Positions 56,026 through 64,000 of a stretch of 64,000 nt of DNA are shown here, in pieces (positions within the stretch are counted from its first letter, which is position 1; each line of letters starts with the position of its first letter). The notes under the pieces were generated by a model. The model searched no databases and had not been told where the DNA came from. It saw nothing but the letters and a program-made list of their open reading frames with translations. Position numbers and translations under genes: made by a program. Source of the stretch: Patescibacteria group bacterium (GTDB taxonomy: Bacteria; Patescibacteriota; Patescibacteriia; UBA10025; JAHIVO01); NCBI GenBank assembly GCA_041660605.1, contig JBAZWB010000001.1:622503-686502 (forward strand), read 5' to 3'.

Positions 56026-57857
56026 AGAAATATTCACTAGCAGGCAATATCTATATCCCGGTACTGATAACGATAACTTTGTTTGTCAGCCTGGGCATCG
56101 TGGCTACCACTTTTATGTCCAGCCAGCATAAACTGGCTAATCAAGAAATTTATAAAGCCAAGTCATTTGAAATCGCGGAAGCCGGTACTGAATATTACCG
56201 CTGGCATTTAGCCCATGCGCAAACAGATTATCAGGATGGAACAGGCGCGCCTGGTCCCTATGTGCATACGTATAAAAATACCAGCGGTGAAAATATCGGG
56301 CAGTTTTCATTGGATATTACGCCTCCTCCTAACGGGTCTACAATTGTCTATATAAAATCATCAGGTAAAATAACTGATAAGCCAAATCTGAAAAAAATGG
56401 TAAAAGTTAAAATGGGCATCCCTTCTTTTACTAATTTCGCCGTAGCGGCCAATGATATAATGCGTTTTGGAGAAGGCACGGAAGTATTCGGCCCCATTCA
56501 TTCAAATTCGGGCATGCGTTTCGATGGTTTAGCCCATAATACGGTGACCAGCCATGAACCGACTTACACTGACCCTGATTCTGACAGATGCACTGCCCTG
56601 TCCTGGGGTGTGCATACTTGCGTAAATCCTGATGACCCTTCTCCGCCAACTGCCCTACCAACGCGCAATGACGTCTTTATGGCTGGACGTGAAGTGGATG
56701 CCGATTATCTTGATTTTGCCGGTATAACGCAGGACTTGCGAGATATGCAACTGGCGGCTGATGCAGACGGCATATACCTGACACCATCAGGAGGCAAAGG
56801 CTACCATTTGACTTTGAGGGCGGACGGGAAAATCGACATGCGGATAGTCAATTCAGAATTATACTGCCAATATTATAATGGCGGATACGGAAATTGCTCT
56901 ACCGGCGGATGTTCTAAACGAGTCTGTGCTAACCTGCCTTCACGCTCATGTACCAGAAACAGCAATTGCCCCTCATCCCCGGCACCGAGGCTTTGCCTGC
57001 CCGCGCAAACCTGCCAAATAAACGGCGACTGCCCATTGAGCGGAGTATGCCAAATGTACCCATGCAGCACTGATGGCGACTGTGACGCTGGTGGTATTTG
57101 TTCAAATTACAGAGATTTAGGCTATTGTTCCAATAATTTTAATCGTTCATGCTACCAGGACAGCGGCTGTACGTCTGGCGGTACATGCACTAAATCAAGC
57201 CATTCCATTGGTACCAGTATTGACTCAGAATCTGAATTTACATATGAATCAGCCTCTTCACTAGGCATTGACATACCTGCCAGCGGACTGATATTCGTTG
57301 AGGACGATGCCTGGATTGACGGTGTGGTTAATAATTACCGGGTGACAATTGTGGCCGCAAAAACACCTTTAGCCTCTGGCAATGCCAATATTTACCTTAA
57401 TAGCGATTTAGTCTATACTCCGCCAGGCGATGACAGCGGCGACGATGCCGTCGGTTTGATCGCCCAAAATAATATCTTAGTCGGATATTTTAGCGATAAC
57501 GATCTGGAGGTTGACGCTGCCTTAATAGCCCAAAACGGCCGGGTCGGCCGGCCTTATTACGGAATTTCCTCGTCCAGTTGGCACCTTAGCCCGGCCGGCA
57601 GCACCAATCCCGCCGGGGGTACTACCTGCGCTGAGTATCGGCAGCGGAACAGCATTACCAGCCAGGGGGCGATAGGCACATATGTTCGTTATGGCTTTGC
57701 CTGGGTAGGCAGTTTATTCACCTGCCCCGACGGGCATACCAATCAATCCGGTTATTGCACCAGAAACCTTATCTATGACGAAAACTTTTATTTTGCCCCG
57801 CCTCCCTACTTCCCTACAACCGGCCAATATCGTATAATTTCCTGGGAGGAAGAGTAA
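56022..57857 (+). CDS. PilX-like minor pilus protein with a very cysteine-rich insert
   Basis: An N-terminal hydrophobic helix (IYIPVLITITLFVSLGIVATTF) is followed by a roughly 110-aa segment with about 24 Cys: CQYYNGGYGNCSTGGCSKRVCANLPSRSCTRNSNCPSSPAPRLCLPAQTCQINGDCPLSGVCQMYPCSTDGDCDAGGICSNY... Confidence 0.5.
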   Translation: MKKYSLAGNIYIPVLITITLFVSLGIVATTFMSSQHKLANQEIYKAKSFEIAEAGTEYYRWHLAHAQTDYQDGTGAPGPYVHTYKNTSGENIGQFSLDITPPPNGSTIVYIKSSGKITDKPNLKKMVKVKMGIPSFTNFAVAANDIMRFGEGTEVFGPIHSNSGMRFDGLAHNTVTSHEPTYTDPDSDRCTALSWGVHTCVNPDDPSPPTALPTRNDVFMAGREVDADYLDFAGITQDLRDMQLAADADGIYLTPSGGKGYHLTLRADGKIDMRIVNSELYCQYYNGGYGNCSTGGCSKRVCANLPSRSCTRNSNCPSSPAPRLCLPAQTCQINGDCPLSGVCQMYPCSTDGDCDAGGICSNYRDLGYCSNNFNRSCYQDSGCTSGGTCTKSSHSIGTSIDSESEFTYESASSLGIDIPASGLIFVEDDAWIDGVVNNYRVTIVAAKTPLASGNANIYLNSDLVYTPPGDDSGDDAVGLIAQNNILVGYFSDNDLEVDAALIAQNGRVGRPYYGISSSSWHLSPAGSTNPAGGTTCAEYRQRNSITSQGAIGTYVRYGFAWVGSLFTCPDGHTNQSGYCTRNLIYDENFYFAPPPYFPTTGQYRIISWEEE

Positions 57858-57866
57858 TAAGATTTT

Positions 57867-58925
57867 ATGAAACTAAATCCATTTAAAAATCAAATTGGAC
57901 TAGACATCAGCGATTTTAAAATTCGTTTTATTCAATTTCAACTTAAAAAAAAGCATAAATATGAACTAAATTCTTTAGGAGAAGTATCTGTTCCTGCTGG
58001 TATCATTAAAAATGGCGAAATTATTGACGAAAAAGCCGTGTCTGATCTGATTAAATCGATTCTTATCAGGCCTACATCCGGAAGAATCAATACAAAGTTC
58101 GTAAACGCCTCTTTGCCCGAAAAAAAGATTTTTATCAAAACAATTTCCATCCCTAAAGTACCAGAAAATGAAATTGATGGGGCGGTCAGCTGGGGCATAG
58201 AGCAGAATATTCCCGTAACCATAGATCAGGTAAATTATGACTGGCAAATTATAGAAAAATCCAATAATGACCCGAGTAAAATGGATGTACTGGTGGCAGT
58301 TGCGCCAAAAACTCTGGTTGATACTTACACCAGAGTAATTCAGAATTCCGGACTGATTCTTATTGGCCTGGAAAATGAATCAATTGCCATTGCCAGATGT
58401 TTATTAGACCAGCAAATTAACAAAAATTATTCTACCATGATAATTGATTTAGGCCGGAGCAGGACAAACATAACAGTTTATGCCAATGCTTCTATACAAT
58501 TGAATGCTACCCTGGATATTAATGGTACGGAAATGACTAAACAAATTTCCAAAACATTAAAACTGTCGGAAAATGATGCAGAAAAAGCAAAAATAATTTG
58601 CGGCCTAGACAAGCGTAAAGCTAAAGCACAAATTTTTACAATTCTAGAGCCAATAATAATCAGATTGGCAAATAAAATAACCGAGTATTTATCCTACTAC
58701 AATAATTATTTCCCAAACAGTCAAAAAATTAAAAGTATTATTTTAACCGGCAGCGCCAGTAGTATGGTAGGCTTAACTGATTATTTGAAAAACTTTTTAA
58801 ACAATGATGTAAAAATTGGTGATCCCCAAATCAATTTGATCTCAACAAAAAAAGAAATAAAACACGACCTGCTCTCTTTTACCACGGCTATAGGTCTAGC
58901 TATTAAGGATTTTAATGATATATGA
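57867..58925 (+). CDS. pilM: Type IV pilus assembly protein PilM (actin-like ATPase fold)
   Basis: QIGLDISDFKIRFIQF is followed by ASKHA-fold motifs. It is located upstream of pilN/pilO-like genes. Confidence 0.8.
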   Translation: MKLNPFKNQIGLDISDFKIRFIQFQLKKKHKYELNSLGEVSVPAGIIKNGEIIDEKAVSDLIKSILIRPTSGRINTKFVNASLPEKKIFIKTISIPKVPENEIDGAVSWGIEQNIPVTIDQVNYDWQIIEKSNNDPSKMDVLVAVAPKTLVDTYTRVIQNSGLILIGLENESIAIARCLLDQQINKNYSTMIIDLGRSRTNITVYANASIQLNATLDINGTEMTKQISKTLKLSENDAEKAKIICGLDKRKAKAQIFTILEPIIIRLANKITEYLSYYNNYFPNSQKIKSIILTGSASSMVGLTDYLKNFLNNDVKIGDPQINLISTKKEIKHDLLSFTTAIGLAIKDFNDI

Positions 58926-59473
58926 TCATCTTGAATTTATTAAGTCAGGAAGAAAAAAAACATATAAGCTTAATAAAAAATTATTTTATTATTAAGAATG
59001 TTTCTTTCTTTATAATCAGTTTTTTAATAATCATCGCGACTATAACTATTTTTACGAACATTTTATTAGAAAATTATCTTCAATCCCTAGAAACTCAGAT
59101 AAAAAACGAAGTAAGCATCAGTTCCGAAGGCAAGATTGCTTCCATTGAAGAAGCTATCAAAGAACTTAACTCCCAACTGCTCTTAGCGAAAAACGTAGAA
59201 GAATCATATGTCCTTTGGACAAAAATTTTGACTTCTTTAGTGGAGAAGCTTCCGGAAGGAGTAACGCTGAACAATATAAATTTAAACAGTCAGGCAATGA
59301 CTTTAAAAATCAGTGGCACTGCCGTCAACCGTGACGCTTACTTGAATACGAAAAGTTCCTTGGAACTTGTGCCTTATTTCTCCAACATATCGTCTCCTAT
59401 TTCAAATCTAACGAAGAAAGACGATATTCCTTTTACTTTTGTCGGTCAGCTTACGAATTTAATTTATGAATAA
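58922..59473 (+). CDS. pilN: PilN-like bitopic pilus assembly protein
   Basis: A single TM helix (FFIISFLIIIATITIF) and a coiled periplasmic domain. It is 4-nt overlap-coupled to pilM. Confidence 0.55.
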   Translation: MIILNLLSQEEKKHISLIKNYFIIKNVSFFIISFLIIIATITIFTNILLENYLQSLETQIKNEVSISSEGKIASIEEAIKELNSQLLLAKNVEESYVLWTKILTSLVEKLPEGVTLNNINLNSQAMTLKISGTAVNRDAYLNTKSSLELVPYFSNISSPISNLTKKDDIPFTFVGQLTNLIYE

Positions 59474-59993
59474 AATATCACTAAAATTAAAAATTTATAT
59501 CTACTCCGGCCTAACAGCAGTTATTATAGGCGGCATAATTATTTTTTTTATTTATCCTTATTATAAAGAGATTAATAAATTTAGCGATCAAATTTACGAT
59601 AATCGGGTTAAACTGGCAATCTATGAACAGCAGCGTGAAAATATCGAAACGACCAGGCAAGATTATAATAAAATAAAAAATGATCTAGACAAGATTTCAA
59701 AAATATTTATCAACCAAAATGAAATATTGGATTTAATCTCCAGCTTTGAACTAATAGCTACTAATAACGAAATAGCGCAGAATATCGATATCAAGCCTAA
59801 TGACAATGAAATTGCGGAAACTTTTAATTTTGAAATTACTGCCAGCGGAAATTGGAATAATTTATTATTATATTTTTCAAATCTCGAGCATCTAGACTAT
59901 TTTGTAGAAATAAGTAATTTAAATATTCTGGAACAAAATAATCAAATTACATTAAATTTTTCCGCCAGCATACCGATAAAACAACTAGATTGA
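59466..59993 (+). CDS. pilO: PilO-like bitopic pilus assembly protein
   Basis: A single TM helix with coiled-coil and ferredoxin-like periplasmic parts. It overlaps pilN by 8 nt. Confidence 0.5.
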   Translation: MNKISLKLKIYIYSGLTAVIIGGIIIFFIYPYYKEINKFSDQIYDNRVKLAIYEQQRENIETTRQDYNKIKNDLDKISKIFINQNEILDLISSFELIATNNEIAQNIDIKPNDNEIAETFNFEITASGNWNNLLLYFSNLEHLDYFVEISNLNILEQNNQITLNFSASIPIKQLD

Positions 59994-60006
59994 AAATTAT
60001 TACTTT

Positions 60007-60288
60007 ATGAAATTTAAAATTTATTTAAAAAAAATAAAAAAATATTTGCTCAAACACCTGAATTTACTTTTGATATTAATTATCAGCATAATTTCAATCG
60101 GGATTATTTATTTTATTAATGTAAATATTTATAAAATTGTAATAGCTCCCGAAGAAATTCCGAAAAACGAAATTATTGCTAAAAAGCAAAAGGTCAATAT
60201 TGATCTGTTTAATGAAATCAGTCTGGAAATAAGTAATAAAAAAGCTGCTTCAACTGATGCTTTGCAGAACCTAAGAAACCCATTCTAG
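60007..60288 (+). CDS. Small bitopic membrane protein, possibly PilP-like, at the end of the pilus operon
   Basis: A single TM helix (LLILIISIISIGIIYFI). Assigned from its position. Confidence 0.35.
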   Translation: MKFKIYLKKIKKYLLKHLNLLLILIISIISIGIIYFINVNIYKIVIAPEEIPKNEIIAKKQKVNIDLFNEISLEISNKKAASTDALQNLRNPF

Positions 60289-60309
60289 GCCGTTTACGAT
60301 TGGCAACAT

Positions 60310-60338
60310 TTGACAAGGATCGTTAAATTGATTAGTAT
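60310..60338 (+). promoter_or_regulatory. Putative sigma-70 promoter for rpmA: TTGACA, a 17-nt spacer, then TAGTAT
   Basis: The sequence reads catTTGACAaggatcgttaaattgatTAGTATata, about 28 nt upstream of the rpmA ATG. Confidence 0.4.
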
Positions 60339-60365
60339 ATAGAAAATAATTATTAACATATAAAT

Positions 60366-60647
60366 ATGGCCCACGTAAAAGGAGCAGGCACAACCAGTTT
60401 AGGCAGGGACAGCCAAGGCCAACGTCTAGGCATAAAGCTCTACGGCGGACAATTGGCGAAAAAAGGCAGTATCATTGTCAGGCAAAAAGGCACCGTTTAT
60501 CATGCCGGCAAGAATGTTAAGCGATCCGCTAACGATACTCTGTTTTCACTTATCAATGGGATTGTTTCTTTCAAAAAGAAAAAAATCAAACTTTTTAACG
60601 GACGACTGAAGGAAACAACCTTTGTGAGCATTCTTCCTTCTAAATAA
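60366..60647 (+). CDS. rpmA: 50S ribosomal protein L27
   Basis: MAHVKGAGTTSLGRDSQGQRLGIKLYGGQLAKKGSIIVRQKGTVYHAGKNV. Confidence 0.95.
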   Translation: MAHVKGAGTTSLGRDSQGQRLGIKLYGGQLAKKGSIIVRQKGTVYHAGKNVKRSANDTLFSLINGIVSFKKKKIKLFNGRLKETTFVSILPSK

Positions 60648-60652
60648 ATATC

Positions 60653-60694
60653 AAAAAAAACCGCATTAGATCTTAAATTTGCGGTTTTTTGTTT
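60653..60694. terminator. Bidirectional rho-independent terminator between convergent rpmA (+) and pyrG (-)
   Basis: The sequence is aaaaaaaaCCGCAttagatcttaaatTTGCGGttttttgtttt. A GC stem is flanked by an A-run and a T-run, so it reads as a terminator on both strands. Confidence 0.6.
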
Positions 60695-60696
60695 TA

Positions 60697-62388
60697 TTAT
60701 TTCGAACTGGCTTTAATGAATTCCAGAAAAATAGGATGCGGTTTAAGCGGTTTTGATTTGTATTCCGGATGGCCCTGAGTAGCGATAAAGAAAGGGTGCA
60801 TGCTCTTAGGCAATTCAATAACTTCCACAAAGAAATCATCTGCTGAGGTGCCGGAGATAATCATTCCTTTTTCTTCCAGAATATTTCTATATTTATTGTT
60901 AAATTCAAATCTATGACGATGCCTCTCGGATATTTTTACGCTACCGATTGCTTTAATTTTCTCCTTAATTTTTCGCGCTTCTGAAATTACTTCACCATCG
61001 CCATATTTTAAATAGATTGAAGCAGTTAAACTCTTTTCTTTTAAATAGCAATCATACGCTCCCAAACGCATCGAAGTGCCCTCGCCTTTTATAGTTTGAT
61101 ATTTACTGGACATGGGAATGCTGTGAATTATTGGATTTTGCGTGACTGGATTTATTTCCTGCGAATTCGCGTCTTTTAGCCCAACCACATTTCTGGCAAA
61201 CTCCACGCAAGCCAACTGCATGCCATAGCAAAGGCCGAGAAACGGTATCTTCTTTTCCCTGGCGTATTTAACCGCGCTGATCTTACCCTCTGCTCCCCTG
61301 TCACCCCAGCCAATCGGCACGATGATTCCGTCAGGCTTGGCAATAATTTTTGTACCGAGTTTCTCAATATCTTCGGTATTTACTACCCGCAAAACAAGTC
61401 CGATGCCCAATTGCCAGCAGGCATGCTTGATAGCTTCAATCAAGGCGGCATAAGTATCTGATAACCCATAATCACCGGTACTATAATATTTTCCGGCAAT
61501 AACAATTTCAACTTTTTTTGTATATTTAGATTTAATTTTTTTCATTAAACGTTTCCATTCGCCCAAATGAGGTTTACGATAATTCAATTTGAAAAATTTA
61601 AGAATATTCCTGTCAAAATTTTGCTTGGCAAAAATTAACGGCAGCTCATAAATACAATTCAAGTCAGGCGCCATAATCACATTGTCTCCCGATACATTGC
61701 ATTTCAAACCAAGCAGATAGCGTCGTCTCTTATCTAACTCCGCCTCGCTTCTTAAAACTAAAAATTCCGGCATAATACCCATGCTCATAACCGTTTTCAT
61801 GGATAACTGGGTAGGCATTGTTTTTGGTTCGCCTATATGCTTAGGCATCGGCACGTAACTAACATGAATATTTAAAACTTGACCCGGCATTTTTGCTTTC
61901 ATGATCCTGCAGGCTTCATAATAAAGCATGTTTTGATATTCACCGGCCGTACCGCCTAATTCTACTATAATAATTTCATGTCCCTCGCTGGCCTGCTTGA
62001 TTCTCGAAATTATTTCATCAGAGACATGGGGAATTGCTTCAACGTCTTCTCCGTGATAGCCGAAAGAACGTTCGCGGTCTATTACGGTCTTATAAATCTG
62101 GCCCATAGTAGTGAAATTGATATGGCCCATTTCATAATTAAAAAATCTTTCGTACGTACCTAAATCCATATCTGCTTCCAAGCCGTCTTCGCATAAAAAC
62201 GGATCTCCGTGTTCAATGGGATTTATAGTGCCAGAATCGATATTAATATAATTTTCGCATTTTATTGCGCCGACTTTGTATCCCCTGTTTTTCAGCAAAT
62301 AGCCGATTGACGACGCCACCACTCCTTTTCCTAAACCTGATAAAACACCGCCTGAAACAAATATGAATTTACATTCTTTTTGGATCAT
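60697..62388 (-). CDS. pyrG: CTP synthase
   Basis: The N-terminal synthetase domain carries KFIFVSGGVLSGLGKGVVASSIG. The C-terminal glutamine amidotransferase domain carries the GLCYGMQLA catalytic Cys and the HPEY His. Confidence 0.95.
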   Translation of the reverse strand: MIQKECKFIFVSGGVLSGLGKGVVASSIGYLLKNRGYKVGAIKCENYINIDSGTINPIEHGDPFLCEDGLEADMDLGTYERFFNYEMGHINFTTMGQIYKTVIDRERSFGYHGEDVEAIPHVSDEIISRIKQASEGHEIIIVELGGTAGEYQNMLYYEACRIMKAKMPGQVLNIHVSYVPMPKHIGEPKTMPTQLSMKTVMSMGIMPEFLVLRSEAELDKRRRYLLGLKCNVSGDNVIMAPDLNCIYELPLIFAKQNFDRNILKFFKLNYRKPHLGEWKRLMKKIKSKYTKKVEIVIAGKYYSTGDYGLSDTYAALIEAIKHACWQLGIGLVLRVVNTEDIEKLGTKIIAKPDGIIVPIGWGDRGAEGKISAVKYAREKKIPFLGLCYGMQLACVEFARNVVGLKDANSQEINPVTQNPIIHSIPMSSKYQTIKGEGTSMRLGAYDCYLKEKSLTASIYLKYGDGEVISEARKIKEKIKAIGSVKISERHRHRFEFNNKYRNILEEKGMIISGTSADDFFVEVIELPKSMHPFFIATQGHPEYKSKPLKPHPIFLEFIKASSK

Positions 62389-62827
62389 CTTTTATAATAT
62401 TTATTTTAATTATACTTTCTTTCTTATTAACTATAATAGGGACATCATAATTTCCAATTTTTTTTATTGACTTTTCCAGTTTAATTATCTCCGGTTTAAT
62501 GCTAACACCGCAAATCTCGTTAATTTTTTTAGCAATTTTTTCCTTACCCAAACCCTGAAATAAAGTTAAATCATCATTGGCTCTTTCTTTAAAAACAATT
62601 TCTAATCCGTTCAGTTTAAGTAAAAACTTATCCTGCTCCTCAATCTTTTTTGATGCTTTTTCTGATAAGTTCTTGCGTTGTAGCTCGAATTTATTTTTCA
62701 ACGACTCGTTATAAATAACCGCTAATTTATTTGGTAATAAATAATTCCGCGCATAACCGTCAGTTACATTTTTAGACTCTCCTTGTTTTCCGAAATTTTT
62801 AACGTCTTTAATAAGTATAATTTGCAT
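62369..62827 (-). CDS. rplI: 50S ribosomal protein L9
   Basis: MQIILIKDVKNFGKQGESKNVTDGYARNYLLPNKLA. Confidence 0.9.
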   Translation of the reverse strand: MQIILIKDVKNFGKQGESKNVTDGYARNYLLPNKLAVIYNESLKNKFELQRKNLSEKASKKIEEQDKFLLKLNGLEIVFKERANDDLTLFQGLGKEKIAKKINEICGVSIKPEIIKLEKSIKKIGNYDVPIIVNKKESIIKINIIKDDPKRM

Positions 62828-62841
62828 ATATCTAGTATATT

Positions 62842-63123
62842 TTAGTATAAAATTTCAAAACGATCAAATTGTCGGGTACTTTGGATTTTTTTAGCCTCAA
62901 TTTTTTTAATTTTTGCTATATTTATGCCATTATTCAGCCAGCCGATAAAATCTTGTATTTTTTCCTCCTCTCCCACAATGATTATTTCAACGCTTTTGTC
63001 GGGTAAATTTTTAGCGTAGCCTTTTAGAGTTTTATCTAGTGCATACTGTCTTACTTGATACCGCAAACCAACGCCCTGGACCAAACCAAATACCAAAATG
63101 CGCCACGATTCTGCCATCGTCAC
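62842..63123 (-). CDS. Acylphosphatase
   Basis: VFGLVQGVGLRYQVRQYALDKTLKGYAKNLPDKSVEIIIVGEE is the acylphosphatase V-x-G-x-V-Q-G-V-x-F-R signature. Confidence 0.85.
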   Translation of the reverse strand: MTMAESWRILVFGLVQGVGLRYQVRQYALDKTLKGYAKNLPDKSVEIIIVGEEEKIQDFIGWLNNGINIAKIKKIEAKKIQSTRQFDRFEILY

Positions 63124-64000
63124 TCAAGTAAATATTTTATCGCCGTGTCGAGTTGTGGATCTTTGCTGTTATTGTAATCGTCGTCGGTTAAAACTACCTG
63201 CTGGTCAGGGGTAATGCCTTCGTCATTGATAGATTTACCATTTGGAGTGTACCACTTGGCGACAGTCAATTTAAGCGATGATCCGTCTGTAAATTCCTCG
63301 TAATCTTGTATGGATCCTTTGCCATAGGTGAGTTCCCCGATTATTTTTGCGCGGTGGTAGTCTTGCAAAGCTCCAGCGACAATTTCCGATGCTGAAGCGC
63401 TGCCATTATTCACCAGTACTGCGGTTTTAATATTCAGCAATTTTGCGGTCTGTTCCGACTTATACTCCTTCTTTGAACTGCCAAAATCTTCAATGACAAT
63501 TGTCTGTTTTTCAACAAACTGGCCGGCTATCTCAACGGCGCTGTCTAGATATCCGCCTGGATTGTTTCGCATATCCAGAATTATGCCTTTCGGATCCTGC
63601 AAAATGATTTCACTGGCTAGGTTATTGAAATCGCCTGCCGTATCGCTGTCAAAATGCACTATGTCTATATAGGCAATTTTATTATCCAGCATTTTCCAGG
63701 TAACACTTTCAGTTTTTATCACATCTCTGGTTATTTCAATATCTTTTACGTCAGTTTCTCCGGCGCGCAGGACTGTCAGGACTACTTTTGTATCCTTTTT
63801 TCCGCGGATCAAACTTATAGCCTGATCAAGGCTCATCTCTGTAGTATCCTGCTGATCTATCTTCAGAATTTTATCTCCGGCCTTTAATCCGGCTTTTGCA
63901 GCAGGAGAATTCGGCAATGGGGCAATGATGGTCAACTGATTGTCTTTTATGCCAATTTCCGCGCCGATACCTTCAAAACTGCCGCTTAACTCCTTATTAA
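63120..64000 (-). CDS. ctpA: Carboxyl-terminal processing protease (S41 family), C-terminal part. The gene continues upstream beyond the window end.
   Basis: The PDZ domain (AAKAGLKAGDKILKIDQQD) and the S41 catalytic region (DMRNNPGGYLDSAVEIAG, SASASEIVAGALQD) are present. The reading frame stays open to position 64000. Confidence 0.8.
   Translation of the reverse strand, partial: NKELSGSFEGIGAEIGIKDNQLTIIAPLPNSPAAKAGLKAGDKILKIDQQDTTEMSLDQAISLIRGKKDTKVVLTVLRAGETDVKDIEITRDVIKTESVTWKMLDNKIAYIDIVHFDSDTAGDFNNLASEIILQDPKGIILDMRNNPGGYLDSAVEIAGQFVEKQTIVIEDFGSSKKEYKSEQTAKLLNIKTAVLVNNGSASASEIVAGALQDYHRAKIIGELTYGKGSIQDYEEFTDGSSLKLTVAKWYTPNGKSINDEGITPDQQVVLTDDDYNNSKDPQLDTAIKYLLE

Noticed and set aside
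1-64000. CRISPR arrays, rRNA and tRNA genes
   Set aside because: No regularly spaced direct repeats were seen. Intergenic regions are short (most under 160 nt, the longest 216 nt at 11829-12044) and AT-rich, with no GC-rich stem content suggestive of tRNA or rRNA. None is called.

Overview
The window is an AT-rich, gene-dense bacterial chromosomal segment with about 70 genes, mostly on the minus strand. The gene content and truncated domain architectures are consistent with a small-genome CPR/Patescibacteria-like organism, but that is an inference. No rRNA, tRNA or CRISPR was found. The blocks, in order, are as follows.
(1) 260-7939: a surface-glycan cluster with three GT2 and one GT4 glycosyltransferase, a zinc-ribbon SAM-methyltransferase, an O-antigen-ligase/polymerase-like membrane protein and a Wzx-like flippase.
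(2) 7857-11828: the conserved ribosomal alpha-operon tail infA-rpmJ-rpsM-rpsK-rpsD-rpoA-rplQ, followed by rplM-rpsI. rpmJ was missed by the ORF track and recovered by hand. rpoA lacks an alpha-CTD and ends in an AT-hook-like tail.
(3) 12045-14991: alaS, truncated after the editing domain, and mnmA.
(4) 14988-22944: an accessory-looking stretch containing an OLD-family ABC-ATPase/TOPRIM nuclease, a Cys-based dual-specificity phosphatase and three tandem LiaF/PspC-like membrane modules, the last fused to a toastrack domain. It also holds a cytoplasmic FtsK/HerA/TrwB-type ATPase with a membrane-anchored partner, and a sigma-70 region-4 + HARE-HTH DNA-binding protein.
(5) 23099-25687: secF and secD, with a parvulin-like PPIase domain inserted into the SecD periplasmic head.
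(6) 25781-27187: an FG-GAP propeller fused to an L,D-transpeptidase.
(7) 27294-31376: an FMN reductase, a small membrane protein, an ABC-2 exporter with its ATPase, and a defensin-like Cys-rich secreted peptide. These are followed by a Rel/SpoT-type HD hydrolase and a DUF523 protein.
(8) 31321-34089: secA.
(9) 34176-39997: a polyamine cluster with speA, a PurD-like ATP-grasp protein, a deoxyhypusine-synthase-like gene and an agmatinase, plus an FmdE-like protein and a membrane protein.
(10) 40088-48272: a dcw cluster in the order murB, murC, murG, ftsW, murD, mraY. A lone degenerate biotin/lipoyl-like domain gene lies on the opposite strand.
(11) 48279-50066: a GT39 glycosyltransferase.
(12) 50155-60288: a type IV pilus operon with pilB and pilC, two pilin-like genes, a Cys-rich PilX-like protein, then pilM, pilN and pilO. 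The pilin-like genes are unusually GC-rich and extremely Cys-rich.
(13) 60366-64000: rpmA, a bidirectional terminator, pyrG, rplI, an acylphosphatase and a partial S41 protease.
The most novel candidates are the OLD-nuclease/phosphatase pair with the adjacent HerA-like ATPase and LiaF-like envelope module, the SecD-parvulin fusion, the defensin-like peptide with its ABC-2 exporter, the AT-hook-tailed RNA polymerase alpha subunit, and the PurD-like ligase inside the polyamine operon.
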